Of a DNA stretch of 64,000 nucleotides, positions 24,231 to 37,320 are shown piece after piece. The notes under the pieces are model-generated. The model was not told the DNA's origin. It did not search any database and saw only the letters and a program-made list of their open reading frames with translations. Numbering within the stretch: the first letter of the stretch is position 1; each line of letters starts with the position of its first letter. Made by a program: the position numbers and the translations under genes. Source of the DNA: Carcharhinus amblyrhynchos (taxonomy: Eukaryota); the NCBI GenBank assembly GCA_965287045.1, contig OZ336885.1, positions 59,148,001 through 59,212,000 of the forward strand, in the 5' to 3' direction.

Positions 24231-26684
24231 TGAATGTTTATATGCACAGATTTGAGCCAAGAAAGCAGCACCCCCGATCAAGTTACTTGGATATTGGGAA
24301 CTCAGCGATTGTTGGAGTCAGTCGACCAGCTAGAGTTCAACATTTTGAGAGAGTTGAGCAACGGTGGAGGGGGTGGGGGGGTGGTGGTGTGTCAATGGTT
24401 GATGCTGGAAATTGGCCAACCGTCGGTTAATATTTGATGTTGATGTTTGGAAAATTATAGCTCAATGATTGCTGGAGGGAAATGGAGAGCAAGTGATAAT
24501 TGATTGATGGACGTTGCAACATATAGGTTGAATGTTTGATTAAGAGTTGGACAAAATAAGTTCATTGATTCATGGGGAGATTTGGACAATGGGAGTAAAA
24601 TGAATGATGGAGAACATTGTTGGAACAGGTTGGAGCATGGCACCTCAATGATTCATGGAAAGTTTTGGACAATGGAAGTAAAATGATTGGTGGAGAGAAT
24701 TAGACAATAGGTGATTGATGACTAGTGGAGCAAATTGGACAATTGAAGCTCAATTAATCTCCAGAGAGAGTTGGAAAATGGAAGGGCAGTTTTTGGAGAG
24801 ACATGGGCAATGGGATCTTAATGATTGCTGGATTTAGTTGGAATTAGCTGGACAATTGGAACGCAATGATTGGTTGAGCATATTGCTTGATGGAGAGATG
24901 CCCAATGGCGTTCTAATGTTGATAGAGATAGTATGAAAATTGACGTTCCACAGTTCATCCAGAGATTTGATCAATGGAAGATAATGATTAATGGGCAGAT
25001 TTTTATATTTGTGTTCACTGCAGCTCGTTGATAGATATAGAGTTGGCCAATGAACGCTTAATTATATGTGCAGAGAATCATACTATGAGGGCTTAATCAA
25101 TGACGTATAAAGTTGGCCAACTAGAATCCAATATTTTGAGACTATTGAGCAATTAGAGCTCAATGATTTATGGTGGGGATTGGCTAATGAGAGCATAATA
25201 TTAGATGAAAGATTTGGACAATAATAGTTCAATTATTGTTGTAAATAATTGGACAATGATGCTCAATGATTGATGGGGAGAGTTTCAAAATGGGAGCTCA
25301 ATGTTTATTTGAGAAATGGACAATGAGAACTCAACAAAATAGGGAGAGATTTGAACAGTGGAAGCTCAATGATTCATAGGGAGAGTTGGATATTGAGAAC
25401 TCAATGATCAATGGAGACAGATGGGCAATGGGAGCATGATGATTGATGAAAAGTGTTGGCCAATGACAGCTCAGTAATTGACAGAAACACTTCAACGATG
25501 GGAGTTCAATGACTGGTGGAGCGAGTAGGCCAAAGGGAGCTCAATCGTTCATGGAGAGAGGTAGAGAATGAGAGGTCAATATTTGGGGAGATATTGGCAA
25601 TGGGGATGCAATGATTGATTAACTCAGCTCAGCAAGCAGAACTCAAAGATTGTTGGAGAGAGATGAAAGAAATGAGCTCAGCTATTGGTGGAGTGAGTTC
25701 GGCATTGTAGCCCCTTAATTGATGGACAAAATTGAAGATTGGAGCATCATGATTGATGAATATAGTTGACCAGACAATCTCAATGATTAGTGGAGAGAGC
25801 TGAATAATGGAAGTCCTATTTTTGATGGAAATAATTAGCCAATGTAGTTTGATGACGGATACAGAGATTTTAATAATGGATGCTTGATAAGTGCTGATTT
25901 GTTTTGGATAATGGAGTTCAAATACCATGGAGATAATTGACAAATTGGGGCACACAGTTTGCTAATGACATTTGGAAAATTATAGCTCATTGCATGGCGA
26001 AATGTGTTGGTCAATGGTAGTTCGGTATTTTGTGCAGAAGTGCAAAATGAGAGATCGACCATTGATTGACAGTTGAACACTGGAAGCTAAATGCTTCAAG
26101 GGGAGAGTTGAGAAATGGGTGTTCAATGATTAATGCAGAGCTCAGTGATTGATTGAGTGAGTGGGCAATGGTAGCTCAGTCATGGATAGAGAATATAGAA
26201 CAATGGAAATCAGTGGATAATGTTTGGCAATGGAAGCTCAATAATTCAAGGAGAGAGTTGGATATCGTGGGTTCAACGATTGGTATAAAGAGTTGGATAA
26301 TAAGAGTTCAATGATTTATCAAGAAAGTTGGGCAATGGCTGCTGAATGATTAGTGGAGAAATTGGATAATGGTAGCTCAATGCTTATGAGAGACTTTTTA
26401 ACTAAGGGACTTCAATGATTGATGTGTGAAGTGGGATAATAGAGCTCGATGATTGACAGAAACTTGGATAATGAAAGTTCAATGATTGATGGACAGTTTT
26501 GTCAACAGACACTGATTGGCTGATGGGGTGACTGGACAATGGAAGGTCAACAAATGAGCTGCAGCAATGGGGAATAATAAAAGCTTTAAATTATTTAATA
26601 AAAACAATGTTCTGTAGCAAGAAGAGGCAGGGAAATGAAACTAAGTCGTGATGCTTATTTGGAGAGCCTCTGTGATCATGATGA

Positions 26685-26790
26685 GGGGGGGATTTTACGG
26701 CCTTGGTCGCCAGAAAGCTGAAAATCCCGCCCGAGTTCCACGGACATTTACACGGTTCACTCCTGGCCTGTTACGATTTCCAGGGCGTTT
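26685..26790. mobile_element. Short MITE-like repeat; a related copy lies in opposite orientation at ~63270-63390
   Basis: ggattttacggcct..aaaatcccgcccgag is similar to the reverse complement of ctcggaagggaat..gaggctgtaaaaatcc. Confidence 0.5.
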
Positions 26791-27509
26791 TTTTTAGCCA
26801 ATGTCTTTAAATGGCTTTAAATTGCATTGTGTATTCGTGTTTGTGTGTGCATTTGTGTGATTCTGTGACCATGCAGTTAGAAAATGGCTCCTTGTGCACT
26901 GAGCATGTAAAGCTCATTAGACGTCGGAAAATTGGAGCTTTTTTTAATTAATGGTGGACTTTGCATAACCGGAATAAATGTTATAATGCAAGGAGATTGG
27001 AAGTCAGAATTACTCCCTGATAAGAAGTTAGAAAACTGGATCTCTTCGATTGATGGAAATGGAACTATCAGAATTCAGAGAACGCTGTTAAAGAATTGAT
27101 GGTGTGAGTGAAAATTTGAACAAAGTAAGCAACCACATTGATATGGAGACTTGTAGACAGTTAACAGGTGGATCTCAATGTGCGGCCGAATCGTAGTAAT
27201 AAAATTTGAGAAGCGTGGTGGATTGATCAGAAAAAAAAGCGTTTAGTGACTGGAGAGGCGGACAGGGGACATTGAGTTCAGCAAAGTTCCGCAACACTTT
27301 CGAGCCCAGGAATTCCTAGAGATCTAACAAAAACATTGGAAACGCCAACCATTTTCATAATATTAGCGCCCATTTTGTTTCCGCGAAATTAGTTCCAAAC
27401 ATAATTCAAGCGTAAACACGATTTCCCAGCTATATTAATCTCATAGAAGTCCTGATCAAAGACACGTACGTCATTTTTAATAGAAATGATGATAGAAAGC
27501 TGATTCTAA

Positions 27510-28360
27510 TTTCACAAACACACTCACACACCCTAACACACGCACTCAACATCATATCCTCACATACGCAACACATCCCCCCTCACAGCCTCTCACCCAT
27601 GCACCCAAATATCCTCACACTATTAGACCCACCTTCACATCCTCACAAACTCAGCCTCACGTCCTCACACACCAAACACGAAAACACAAATCCTCCCCCA
27701 CATACAAATACGCTCGTCCTCAAATCCTCGCATTTATAAGCACATAGCCTCACATCTTCACACGAGCACGTCCACTCATAACCTCACCCATACAGCCATC
27801 ACCATCCGCAAACATACACACCCAACTTCCCATCAATACACCAATGCACTCATTCTCACGTCCACACACTCACTATCATACCCCCACCCACACAAACAAA
27901 CTCTTCCTCACCCTCACATACAGACACACTCAACCTGACATCCTCACACAGAAACACACTTAGGCTCGCACAGACAAATACACTCTCACACACACATACA
28001 TACTCTCACAACGCACTTATTCTCACATCCACACATTCACTATCATATCCTCACGCATACAAACATATTCATCTTCACCCTCACACTCGCATGTAGACAC
28101 AGTCAATCTGATAACCTTACGCAAACACAACAGTCCTCACACACAAACATACATCCAAATAAACTCACTTTCACACACATAAAAACGCACTCACTCTCAC
28201 AAACAAACGCACACACACAAACACACTCACCCTCACACACACGCATACTTACCTCAAAAACTCAAACCCACGTACGCACTCATACCTCTCGGAGACGAAG
28301 AACCAACCCCAATCTTTTCGAGAGGCACGAAAACTCCACACACATCCAACACACACCGCG
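27510..28360. repeat. Degenerate CA-rich simple repeat with a recurrent atcctcacac motif
   Basis: Directly visible. Confidence 0.9.
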
Positions 28361-28774
28361 CGCTACTTTCCCAGGGCACATGCCCACTCCCTCCTTTTCC
28401 AAGGCGCGAGGCATCACCAACACCTGCAGGCGCCCCACACCCTCTTCTCGCCTCCGCCGACAGCTTCTGGCTGATTTGTCTGGTCATGCCTTGTGCCTCA
28501 CCTCACCTTCGCTGCTAACCTGTCCCTGGTCTGAACAACCAGAGATTTAAAAAAAATATCATGGATGCTTGGAGAACTGGACGCTGGTCCACTGACCCGG
28601 GCTTCACGACATCTTACTTTGATTGGTCCATTTGATTTATTTGATTCATTTTATTAATTTGACACTATCGAACAGATGTTTGCTTGTCACTTTGTGGCCT
28701 CCAAGTTCACAGAACCACTGGAAACCTTCACCGGTCCCTGACAATCCGACAGTCCTTTTTTTTTCTTTTTTGCT

Positions 28775-28843
28775 ATGTTTTTTTCTGTGAGATTGTGATT
28801 ATCGATTATTTTCGTGTCCTTGCAATTTTTGGTGTATTGTGCC
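28775..28843 (+). other. Candidate (possibly damaged) exon 1 of the GPR139-like gene
   Basis: EIVIIDYFRVLAIFGVL resembles the TM1 start IYYPILAIFGVP of this family. Weak phase-1 donor C|GTGAAC at 28844. The ATG at 28775 is out of frame across a T-run. Confidence 0.3.
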
Positions 28844-29389
28844 GTGAACGCTCATTGATAGGCGAGAGTAACCTGCTGTGTTTGGCAGTGCTCCACGCTA
28901 GGAGCTAATTAATTGATGCAAGTTGTTGTCTGAAGACCACATGTCATGAGACAGAGAATGAAGATTCGGAACATACTGAATGATGTAGTGAGTAGGACAA
29001 AACGATTTGATTCATTTGGGGGGGGGGGGGTGCGGGGGGTGGTTCATTAACTGCTACAAAATTGGTAAGTGGGAGCTCGTGGAATGAGAGGATATCTGGA
29101 AAGTATCAGCTGTTCAAATGATTTTGTGAGCGGTTGCACGTCAGAGCATGTACATTTGTGTACTTAGTTTTTACTTACTTTTTAATGTCCTTGTGCGAAT
29201 GCTATGACTTAAGACAATTGGGCATCCTTGTGTGATTGTCAATGGGAGGTTGCTGTGAACTGGGGCATATGAATCACTTCTCGGAAATAGAAACGTCATT
29301 TGAGTAACAGAACGAGCTGGCCAATCAGAGTGCCTTTACAAAGGTGGGGAGATTCAAATCGCATCTGCCGTTTACTTATTTTTCAATGC

Positions 29390-29690
29390 GTGTGTGGTGG
29401 TGCAATTGTTACTATTGCTGCCTCACAGCGCCAGATACTCGAGTTCGATTCTTGGCTTGGTTTACTATTTGTGCGGAGTCTGCATGTTCTATCCATACCT
29501 GCGAGGGTTTATACTAATGTTCCAGTTTTCTTCCACAGTCCTGAAGACGTTTTGGTTAGTTGCATTGGCCATGCTAAATTCTCCCTCAGCGTACCCAACA
29601 GGCAGCGGAGTATGGCGACTAGGGGATTTTCACAATTACTTCATTGCAGTGTTAATGTAAATCTACTTGTGACGCTAATAAATAAACGTA
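29390..29690 (+). mobile_element. tRNA-derived SINE (same family at 54940-55195 minus and ~63775-63985 plus)
   Basis: gctgcctcacagcgccag head; gcattggccatgctaaattctccctcag core; ggcgactaggggattttcaca..cttcattgcagtgttaatgta tail. Confidence 0.9.
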
Positions 29691-29829
29691 AATTTAGTAA
29701 TGCCATTGCGTGTTATTATGTGTATTTCTAGCTGATATTATCTACATTGCTGTGTGTGTTTGTCTTCACTTGCGGGTGTTTAGGTGTGTCTGTGAGTTCC
29801 AGACAGGGCATGATGCTAAGACAGAGACA

Positions 29830-31340
29830 ATGAGAGTTCATTGATTTTGAGAGTAGAGGACTAGGCGCTCACTGTTCAAGTGATATTTGAACACTGTGAC
29901 TTCACAGATTGGAGAGTTTTGGGCCCTCTCATTGAGTGATGGTGACAGTTTATGGGTCAGTGCTGCAAAATGACAGTTACTGGAATTTATCCGGGTGCTG
30001 AGTGGAGGGCCATATGGTTGCTTTGAGTGACGTAGAGAGTTGGTTAACGGCATATCTTTGGGTGACAGAGAGAGCTGGACAACTGGACCTGTAACTGAAG
30101 AAGGGAGTTCTTCAGTTACAGGTCCAGTAAATGTGAGATGTTTGTGTCACTCCAAGTATCACAATGGAAGATCACTGAGTGCAAGGGGCATTAAACAGTG
30201 TGATAAATTCATGTGAAAACATTTGGAATAAGGCCAGGAGCAGACCAAACCTATTGCACCATCTAATACGATCATGGATAATCTTCACCTTCCATTCCAT
30301 CGTCCTGCCTGCTCTCCTTACCCACTTGTTCTCTGAGAGAACAAATCTCTGCCTAGCTCTGTATTAACTGTATTCATATCAATGCAAAATCTATGAACTT
30401 TTGACTTATAAAATTCCAACTGTTCAGAAGCCTTTGCGGGAAGAAATGTTTCCTCGTCTCTATGCTAATGGCGCAACTGTTCAAACATCGTTATAACATG
30501 GTAGTTAAGAGCAATTTGTTGAACAACACTAAATGAGAAAAGTGAAAGCTAGAGATAATGACGAGTGGTGGACAATATGAATATATTACTAGAATGGGAA
30601 TCTTACTGAAAGCTGACTGTGTGGACAATGACAGTTCGTTGAGTTAATGTGACATTTGGAAATTGGGCGTTTGTTAATTGAGGCACAAGGAGCTGAAAAT
30701 TGGACTCCAATTGTTTAGGACTTTTAAACGCAGCACAACAATGTCTGGTGCCGCTGGGACAGTGGCTCCTCCTGTTAAGATGGAATGGAAGACAATGGGA
30801 ATTTCATTTATCGGCCTAACTTCCCAGTCTGTGGTATATATTTTGTGTTCCTTTTATACATTGCTTTCTTCCTTCGAGTGCATCTTTGAATTCCATAGTG
30901 AGAGATCATTGATAGAAGCTGACAAATGGTCCCTATGAGTTGATTCATGGTAAAAGACGGGACAATTTGAGATCTTTCCATCCATGTCTGCAGGATATTT
31001 AGCTTAATTTGTATTTTCCTACTTGTGTTTATTTGCCTATGTATATTGGGCAATGCAAAATAATTCTGTTTCATAGAATTGAACAATAATGTCACACTGC
31101 ATGAGCGGTGTGATTTATTAATGGGATTGAGTCCATGGTGAAGATTTTGGAAGATAACAACTTTTTCTGTGAGACAGAGGATTGGTCCGTGGGAATTATT
31201 TATGTCTGCGAGACTTGAAGAAGGCAAACTCTTACAGAATAGTAATTGATAGATCGGCATTGATAGCGGAGAGAATTTGAATTCATCAATTTCTAGCTTG
31301 GGTTGGCTTCAATGCAGTGAGCAGCGAATTAAGTGCGACT
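29830..31340. repeat. Highly decayed continuation of the 35-bp satellite mixed with CR1 debris
   Basis: Scattered gagagttgg, ggacaat and attgatag motifs. Confidence 0.5.
30082..30128. repeat. Perfect 21-bp inverted repeat with a 5-nt loop
   Basis: ACTGGACCTGTAACTGAAGAA-gggag-TTCTTCAGTTACAGGTCCAGT. Confidence 0.97.
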
Positions 31341-31647
31341 GTGGAAAACTGGCAGAAGGAAGGGTATTTCTGAATATTATTGGAGACAGATGCAAACAGA
31401 AATAAGTCAAACACATTCCATTTCAATTTATGTTTATAATATCGAATGTTTACCACAGATTTAAAGATCTCCTGTTTCAGGTCATATTCATGATCTTACC
31501 TAACTTCTACAAAGTTCACAATCTTCTATTACTGAGCCCTCTGAAGCCCAACATCAAACACCTTACTCTTTCCAAACTTGGTGTTATCATGTAACACATG
31601 TTGTGCGTTTATTTAATAACCATCACCTCTCCTTCCATCTCCAACAG

Positions 31648-32528
31648 CGAACCTAATGACTATAATTATCCTGTCCCGAGGAAGCTGCGGTCTCTCCAGA
31701 TGTACTGGGCGGTATCTGATGTCCATGGCAGTGGCAGACTTGTTGGTAATCATCTTCTGTGTGATATTGGACTACCTGGGATCTCTCCACTTCCCCTTCT
31801 CCTTCCTCAGACATTACTATGTGTGCAGTCTGAATAGCATCATGAATGCTGCTGTGGTGGATAGTTCAGTCTGGCTTACTGTTGCCTTCACACTAGATCG
31901 CTTCATTGCCATTTGTTGCCAGAAGTTCAAAGCACGATATTGCACAGAGAGAACAGCAAGCTGGGTAATACTAACACTATGTACAGTCAGCTACCTGAGG
32001 AATATCCCCCGCTTTTTCACTTATGAGCCTGACCACACTCGTGCTCCATTCCCAGTCTGTCGACTTCGCAATCTGTGTACGAAAACGCCATGGGCAGCAT
32101 ATCTGTGGTCAGGCACAATCTTCACCCCCCTCATTCCCTATGTTTCAATCTTGCTGCTCAACACTCTGACAGTCAGACACATTTTAATAGCTAGCCGGGC
32201 ACGTAAGGCATTCCGGAGTCAAGGAAATGATGGGAAGCAAGTTGACCCAGAGATGGAGAACCGCAGAAGGTCCATTATCCTGCTCTTTGCCATATCCGGC
32301 AATTTCATCGTCCTATGGATGACTAGAGTGGTAGACTTCGTGTTTCAGGAGATGTTGTTGAATTTGAGCTCCATGAGTGCGCTCGTAGAGGTCGGGGAGA
32401 TGTTGATGTATCTGAACTCCTGCACAAACACCTGCATATACGCTTTCACTCAGGCGAAATTCAGGGAGGAAATGAAACGAGTTGTGACACGTCCCATTCA
32501 TCGATTACAGGCGTTCCTCAAAGCCTGA
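31648..32528 (+). CDS. Main coding exon of a GPR139/GPR142-like class A GPCR (end of TM1 through TM7)
   Basis: Acceptor ctctccttccatctccaacag, then phase-1 (A)NLMTIIILSRGSCGLS. Motifs YLMSMAVADLL (TM2), SVWLTVAFTLDRFIAICCQK (TM3), DPEMENRRRSIILLF (TM6) and NSCTNTCIYAFTQAKFREE (TM7). Uninterrupted 290-codon ORF; AATAAA at ~32631. Confidence 0.93.
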
Positions 32529-32779
32529 AGATCGACACAAAACCAGAAGATGCTGGGATTGGGGAGAATGAAGTGCTAACCATTCAGCATCAACCTACTT
32601 TAGTTTAAAAAATATATTCTGTTTAATTATAATAAAAATATGGAAACGTTAGTGGGAATGTGAAAGGGGGAGCTCAGCTTAACAGAGAAAGGAGGAAATT
32701 AGATATAATTGGAAGGTAGTAGGCTAATCTTCATTCCGATAAAACTGTTCCATTTAACACGTGTTAATGCCTCCTGACC

Positions 32780-34870
32780 ATCTGAAATTTACATCATCCC
32801 AGAATTCCCTATTTCAAACTGCAAAAGGGTGCAACGCAGAAGTGTGATGGAATATATACCTTTTGGTTTATAATTTGTAAGGTCTATATTCCGTAGTAAG
32901 GAAGGCTAGGGAAGAAGACCACAAGAGTAATTGGTATTATTTGATGTTAAGAGTCTTCAAAAGGTTTAGTTATACAAGAATAATTCATTAAAGGAGAGAA
33001 TAAAACCACAGCGTGCTCCTCCTGCATATTCCAGGAATCCAAAAACATTTTCAGCGATCTGGACCAACATGTTTGCAGGAACTGTCTCCAGCAGCATCAC
33101 CTGGGAGCTTTGTCTCAGTGATGGAGCAATGGTTGGAGCATTTGCGAAGAAGGGACTATAATGCGTAGCACATATAGAGGGATGGTAAAATCACAAGCTA
33201 ATATTTCATTGATAGGAATAGAATTGGTGACCACCAAGCAGAGTACGATGATTCAGCAGACAATGCAGGTAATTCCGTCTTTATTCCTTGGAAAAAAAGA
33301 GCAGATATGCCGTACTTATACTGTTGGAGAAATAGCCTCTCATTACAAATCAGCAGAACCCAATTTCAGTATATCACTGTTCCCCTGATGCATGAGAGAG
33401 GACTGGAAATGTGGGAATGCAATAGTCAATAGTTATTTATTTTCTTGTAAGGGGAATAGATAGGCGTTTCTCCGGCTACGTGATAGCATGTTGCTTACAT
33501 GATACTAGGGTCAGAGATGAGACAGAGCATCTAGAGGGCATTACCGATGAGGATGAACAGTGAATGGTTGTGGTAAATATTGGTACAAACGACAACGGTT
33601 AAGAAATATAGCTGCTGTCTTCAAAGCAAAAAATAGGGAATTAGGAAGATATTTGAAAAGTAGCATATTGAAGGTGGCAACCTATCGTCAGAACAGCAAT
33701 AAAGAGATGGAAGAAGTGTACGTTTGCACACTGCTGGGATAACTGGGCCGGTTCTGGGAGACGTGGGCCCAGTGCAGCCTGAACGAGTGAACACGGCAGG
33801 ACCGGGACAGACTTGGCGAAATATTTCCGAGATTGTTTGGAAATGGATGAAACTAAAAGCGCCGGTTGTTGTGGTGGTGGTGGTTGTTGGGGGGGTGGGG
33901 GGGTGTCGGTGGGGGGGGTACTTTTGCAGGGGAACAGAGGTGGTGATGCAAGGATAAGAATAAACGACAGGGGCTAAGAAAACTAATAGGCAGACCATTT
34001 GGGGAGCAGAACCAAACAATGCTACATGAAAAATAAAGAAACTGGACATGCAATGATAAAACAAAAATAGAAGACTAAAGGCTTTGCGTCCTAATGTACA
34101 TATTATGCACAGTAAAGTGATGGAATTGATTGTGCAGATAAATGTAATCGGGTGTAATATAGACAGAATCGTGAAGATATAATTGTTTGGTTGTTGGTGA
34201 TGGGAACTGAACATGGAGGGTATTGAGGACTTATGACAAGCTAAAAGCAAAATCAGTGGAGTTGGAATACATTTAAGGAGGAAATGAACGCAAATAGTGA
34301 GGAAGCATATTCGCTTTAACAATCTGAAATTTGTATAGGTGAGGCTGAAAAACACTACGGGGCAAAAGAGGTTAGTAGGTTTCTAGGTAGATCCCCAGAC
34401 GGCCTTGGTTATGTTGGGGAAGGCACTATCCCGCGAAACTTATCAAATATTCTGGGTAACCGGGTTAGAATTCAGCCAATGCAGGTGGTGGAAATTGAAA
34501 TCATTTTTTTAAATCTAGAATTCAGAAACTACTGACCACCATGAAACCACTGCCGGTTTCGAGAAATCCGATCTGGTTCACTAATGTCCTTTAGGGAAGG
34601 GCATTTGCCCTCATCGCCTAATCAGATCTTCCTCCCAGAGGAAGAACAATGTTATTGATTCTCAACTGCCGTCCGGTAACTAGGGATAGGTAATAAATGC
34701 TGGCTAGAATAATAAAACAATATGGCGAAATAAATTTGGCAACAATATCATAAAGGGGGAATTCCTGGAGTGTCCACAAGTTGGGTTTCTGGACCAATAA
34801 AACAGCTAGCGAATAGATCATACCAGAATGGGTGTTGTATTTTAAGAAGTGAATAACAGAACGGGTTTCT
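32780..34870 (+). mobile_element. Decayed CR1 5' region (ORF1 SGNH esterase and start of ORF2 endonuclease) with a nested SINE at ~34450-34720
   Basis: Remnants of CLPGARVRD and VV.IGTND near 33490-33595, and of L.LN...I..K..EL near 34080-34140. Confidence 0.65.
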
Positions 34871-35079
34871 GATTTAATTTATCTGATGAGTTTTTTTTCG
34901 ATCCGGGTCAGTTGTTGTTTGAAATGTAACAATTGTCCCAATGCTCGGTATTGCTTACCTCAGTCTTTAACCTGTTCTGGACAGCATGCTAAATCACCAA
35001 GTCCTCCCGCGTCACAATCACACGTACAGCTTATTCCAATTTCTACCGGAAGAAAGTCACCTTCAAAAAAAATCTCTCA

Positions 35080-36895
35080 ATGATCTAGAATGTTTACCCC
35101 ATATATATTGCGTCGATGTTATGAAACACATCAGGAGGCGAGGGAAGCACAGTGTTTGCTATGTTTAGTGCCAACTGTAGGGGCAAATTCCAGAGCCAAC
35201 AGTGCACAATATCCACATGATTACCTTGCAGAATAAACTTCTGATTTCACACAGGATCAGAGACTGTCCAAAGCACATTCGGAACCCATTCAGACCACAA
35301 TGCCTGTACTAGCCCTCTGCTACATAACATTATATTGCTACTTGCTCCGCATGAACGGATGTTGCGCTAATGAATATTTGTAACGTTTAACACCTTGCGG
35401 AGCAGCTGGACGAAGAGTTTCCATTTGAAAATCCATTCCTCTCCGATGCTTCATTGGCGACTTAAACCCACTGAAGTCTGAAATATGGAATAACGTCGCA
35501 CTCCTTATTGGGCGCCTGCAGAGTCTGATTTGTAATCACTGTGAGAAACATTTTTTCAGCATGGAATCTCACTCTGCAAACGGGTGTTAAAAACTGACGC
35601 TAAATGTACATATTGCTGGATTGCTGCTTTTGAGAATCAGATCCGAACCTCGGGTCAATCTGACTGATTGCAATTACAAACTTTGCGTGTGTGATGAATC
35701 GAAGGGGTGATTTGATTTTACAGCATATCATTTACCCAACAACTAGCCGTTTGAATATTTTTTTAAGCTGAAATCCTTTCCCAAGATGGTTTTCAGTTTG
35801 TTCCTTTTAATTCAGACTGTCCAGAGAATGGAAATCTAGCCAGTTCGATCAACCCATGGATGGAACTACCCATAAAAAGGAAACACCTACAGTATCACCA
35901 ATATCTTGCTAAAACAAATTATTCTGACATTTCTACGTACTCTTTCAAACGCGATTTTAAAAAGACGTGGCACCGCACTTTGACTATTTCAGCCAACGTT
36001 TTATTGTACATTGTCAGTCAGATAGCTACTCGCACCAAGGAGGTTTCAATTAAGCACATACTCCATGTTCTCCCGTGTTCATTTTTAAGCAAGAAAGGAT
36101 CGCAGGGCAGAATAAGATATTCTGCAAAAGATCAAATAACTGGGGCGATGAGAGACTGCAGGATGAGCAGATTGAAAAAAAAAGAAACAAAGGATAAGAT
36201 GGAGACGGGACAAATATACAGACGGAAAAAAAGGCATTACCAATGTCCCAATATAAAGTAGGTTGGTGGGTAAAAGTCATTGGCTCGGGAACTATTGCCT
36301 CTCTCTCTCTCTCGCATTCTACGCCAGATCATTCAGATTATCAACACTTTTACTGGGTGATAGATTCAAAGAATTTGTGGCAAACACATTGGAGGAGGAT
36401 GTTTATAATTCTATTGCATGCATGGAGAATCACACTTATGCATTTAACTTTACTGTGACCAAACAAACCAACAATACCAGCGACTCCTTCGCCAAAAAAT
36501 GAAGCCATTGTTGCTGCAGTTTGTTCCTAAAAATATACAGGAAGAAAAAACAACGACATATTAGAGTATTTTCGTCAATCAGCAATCCTGTATATATATT
36601 TCGAATTCCAATATTGAATTTCAGATGCAACTACAAAGCCTGTGACAACTGATTGTTGGTGTTCCATCTTGTTAACAACAACATAATAAAGGATTGTGCC
36701 TCCGTGCTGGGGCCCATGGGAAATGTGAACTGAAGGAATACACGTTATTTTTAATTTCTTGGGCACAAAATGCATCTGGAACCGTCAGAAGATACAATAT
36801 ATTGAACATTGCACTCTGTGATTTAAAAACAAAACACACGTTGATAGATTTTTAATTGGGGAATGAACAGCAACCCCCCACCCCACCCCAACCAG

Positions 36896-36978
<83 letters not shown>

Positions 36979-37320
36979 GTATCTAACTAACCTCAAAACA
37001 AATATTTCCATAGATTCGCATTGCAGTTGGTGAAATGAAACCAGAATTTTCAAAGTGTTTCTTCAAATCAGAGAGAACGTTTCATTGTCCACATCATTCT
37101 CCAGAACTGGCGTTCAAATATTTTAATGTTAAACTGCCAACCATAAACATACAAAGATTCAAAAGCATTGAGCAAACATAGATTCCATCCAATTTACTGT
37201 TTAGCCAATGATATCCAATACGGGAGATCCCTCCTTAACATATATTGATAGCACATTTTCTCTTGCATATTGAATGCTGTCCAATGAATAAAGTGTAAAA
37301 TACAGAGACATTGAAAATAA
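35080..37320 (-). pseudogene. Decayed CD2/SLAM-like receptor (signal, IgV, IgC2, TM, tail)
   Basis: LFSMSLYFTLYSL (signal); ENVLSIYVKEGSPVL..VNW, VDNETFSLI*RN / ENSGF, EIFVLRLV (V); IPQLKI..TECNVQ, SVHISHGPQHGGTILYYVVVNK (C2); GVAGIVGL..LVTVKL (TM, ~36490-36440); tail ends NIDAIYMG*TF*, matching DIDTIYIRETF* at 722-755. Confidence 0.5.
36899..36974. repeat. (CA)n microsatellite, ~37 units
   Basis: Directly visible. Confidence 0.99.

Larger units (their letters stand above)
19750..26570. repeat. Degenerate 35-bp satellite (consensus approx. GGAGAGAGTTGGACAATGGGAGCTCAATGATTGAT), interrupted by a CR1 at 22480-24230
   Basis: ctcaa anchors at 25262, 25297, 25330, 25365 and 25400 (33-35 bp spacing). 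Most regular at 21600-22440 and 24450-26550. Confidence 0.88.

Noticed and set aside
19750-26570. 35-bp periodic array as a CRISPR array
   Set aside because: The units are contiguous and degenerate with no unique spacers, there are no cas genes, and the context is eukaryotic.
33621-34355. 244-aa minus-strand ORF
   Set aside because: It is antisense to a decayed CR1 ORF1/ORF2 junction with low-complexity runs and shows no protein motifs.
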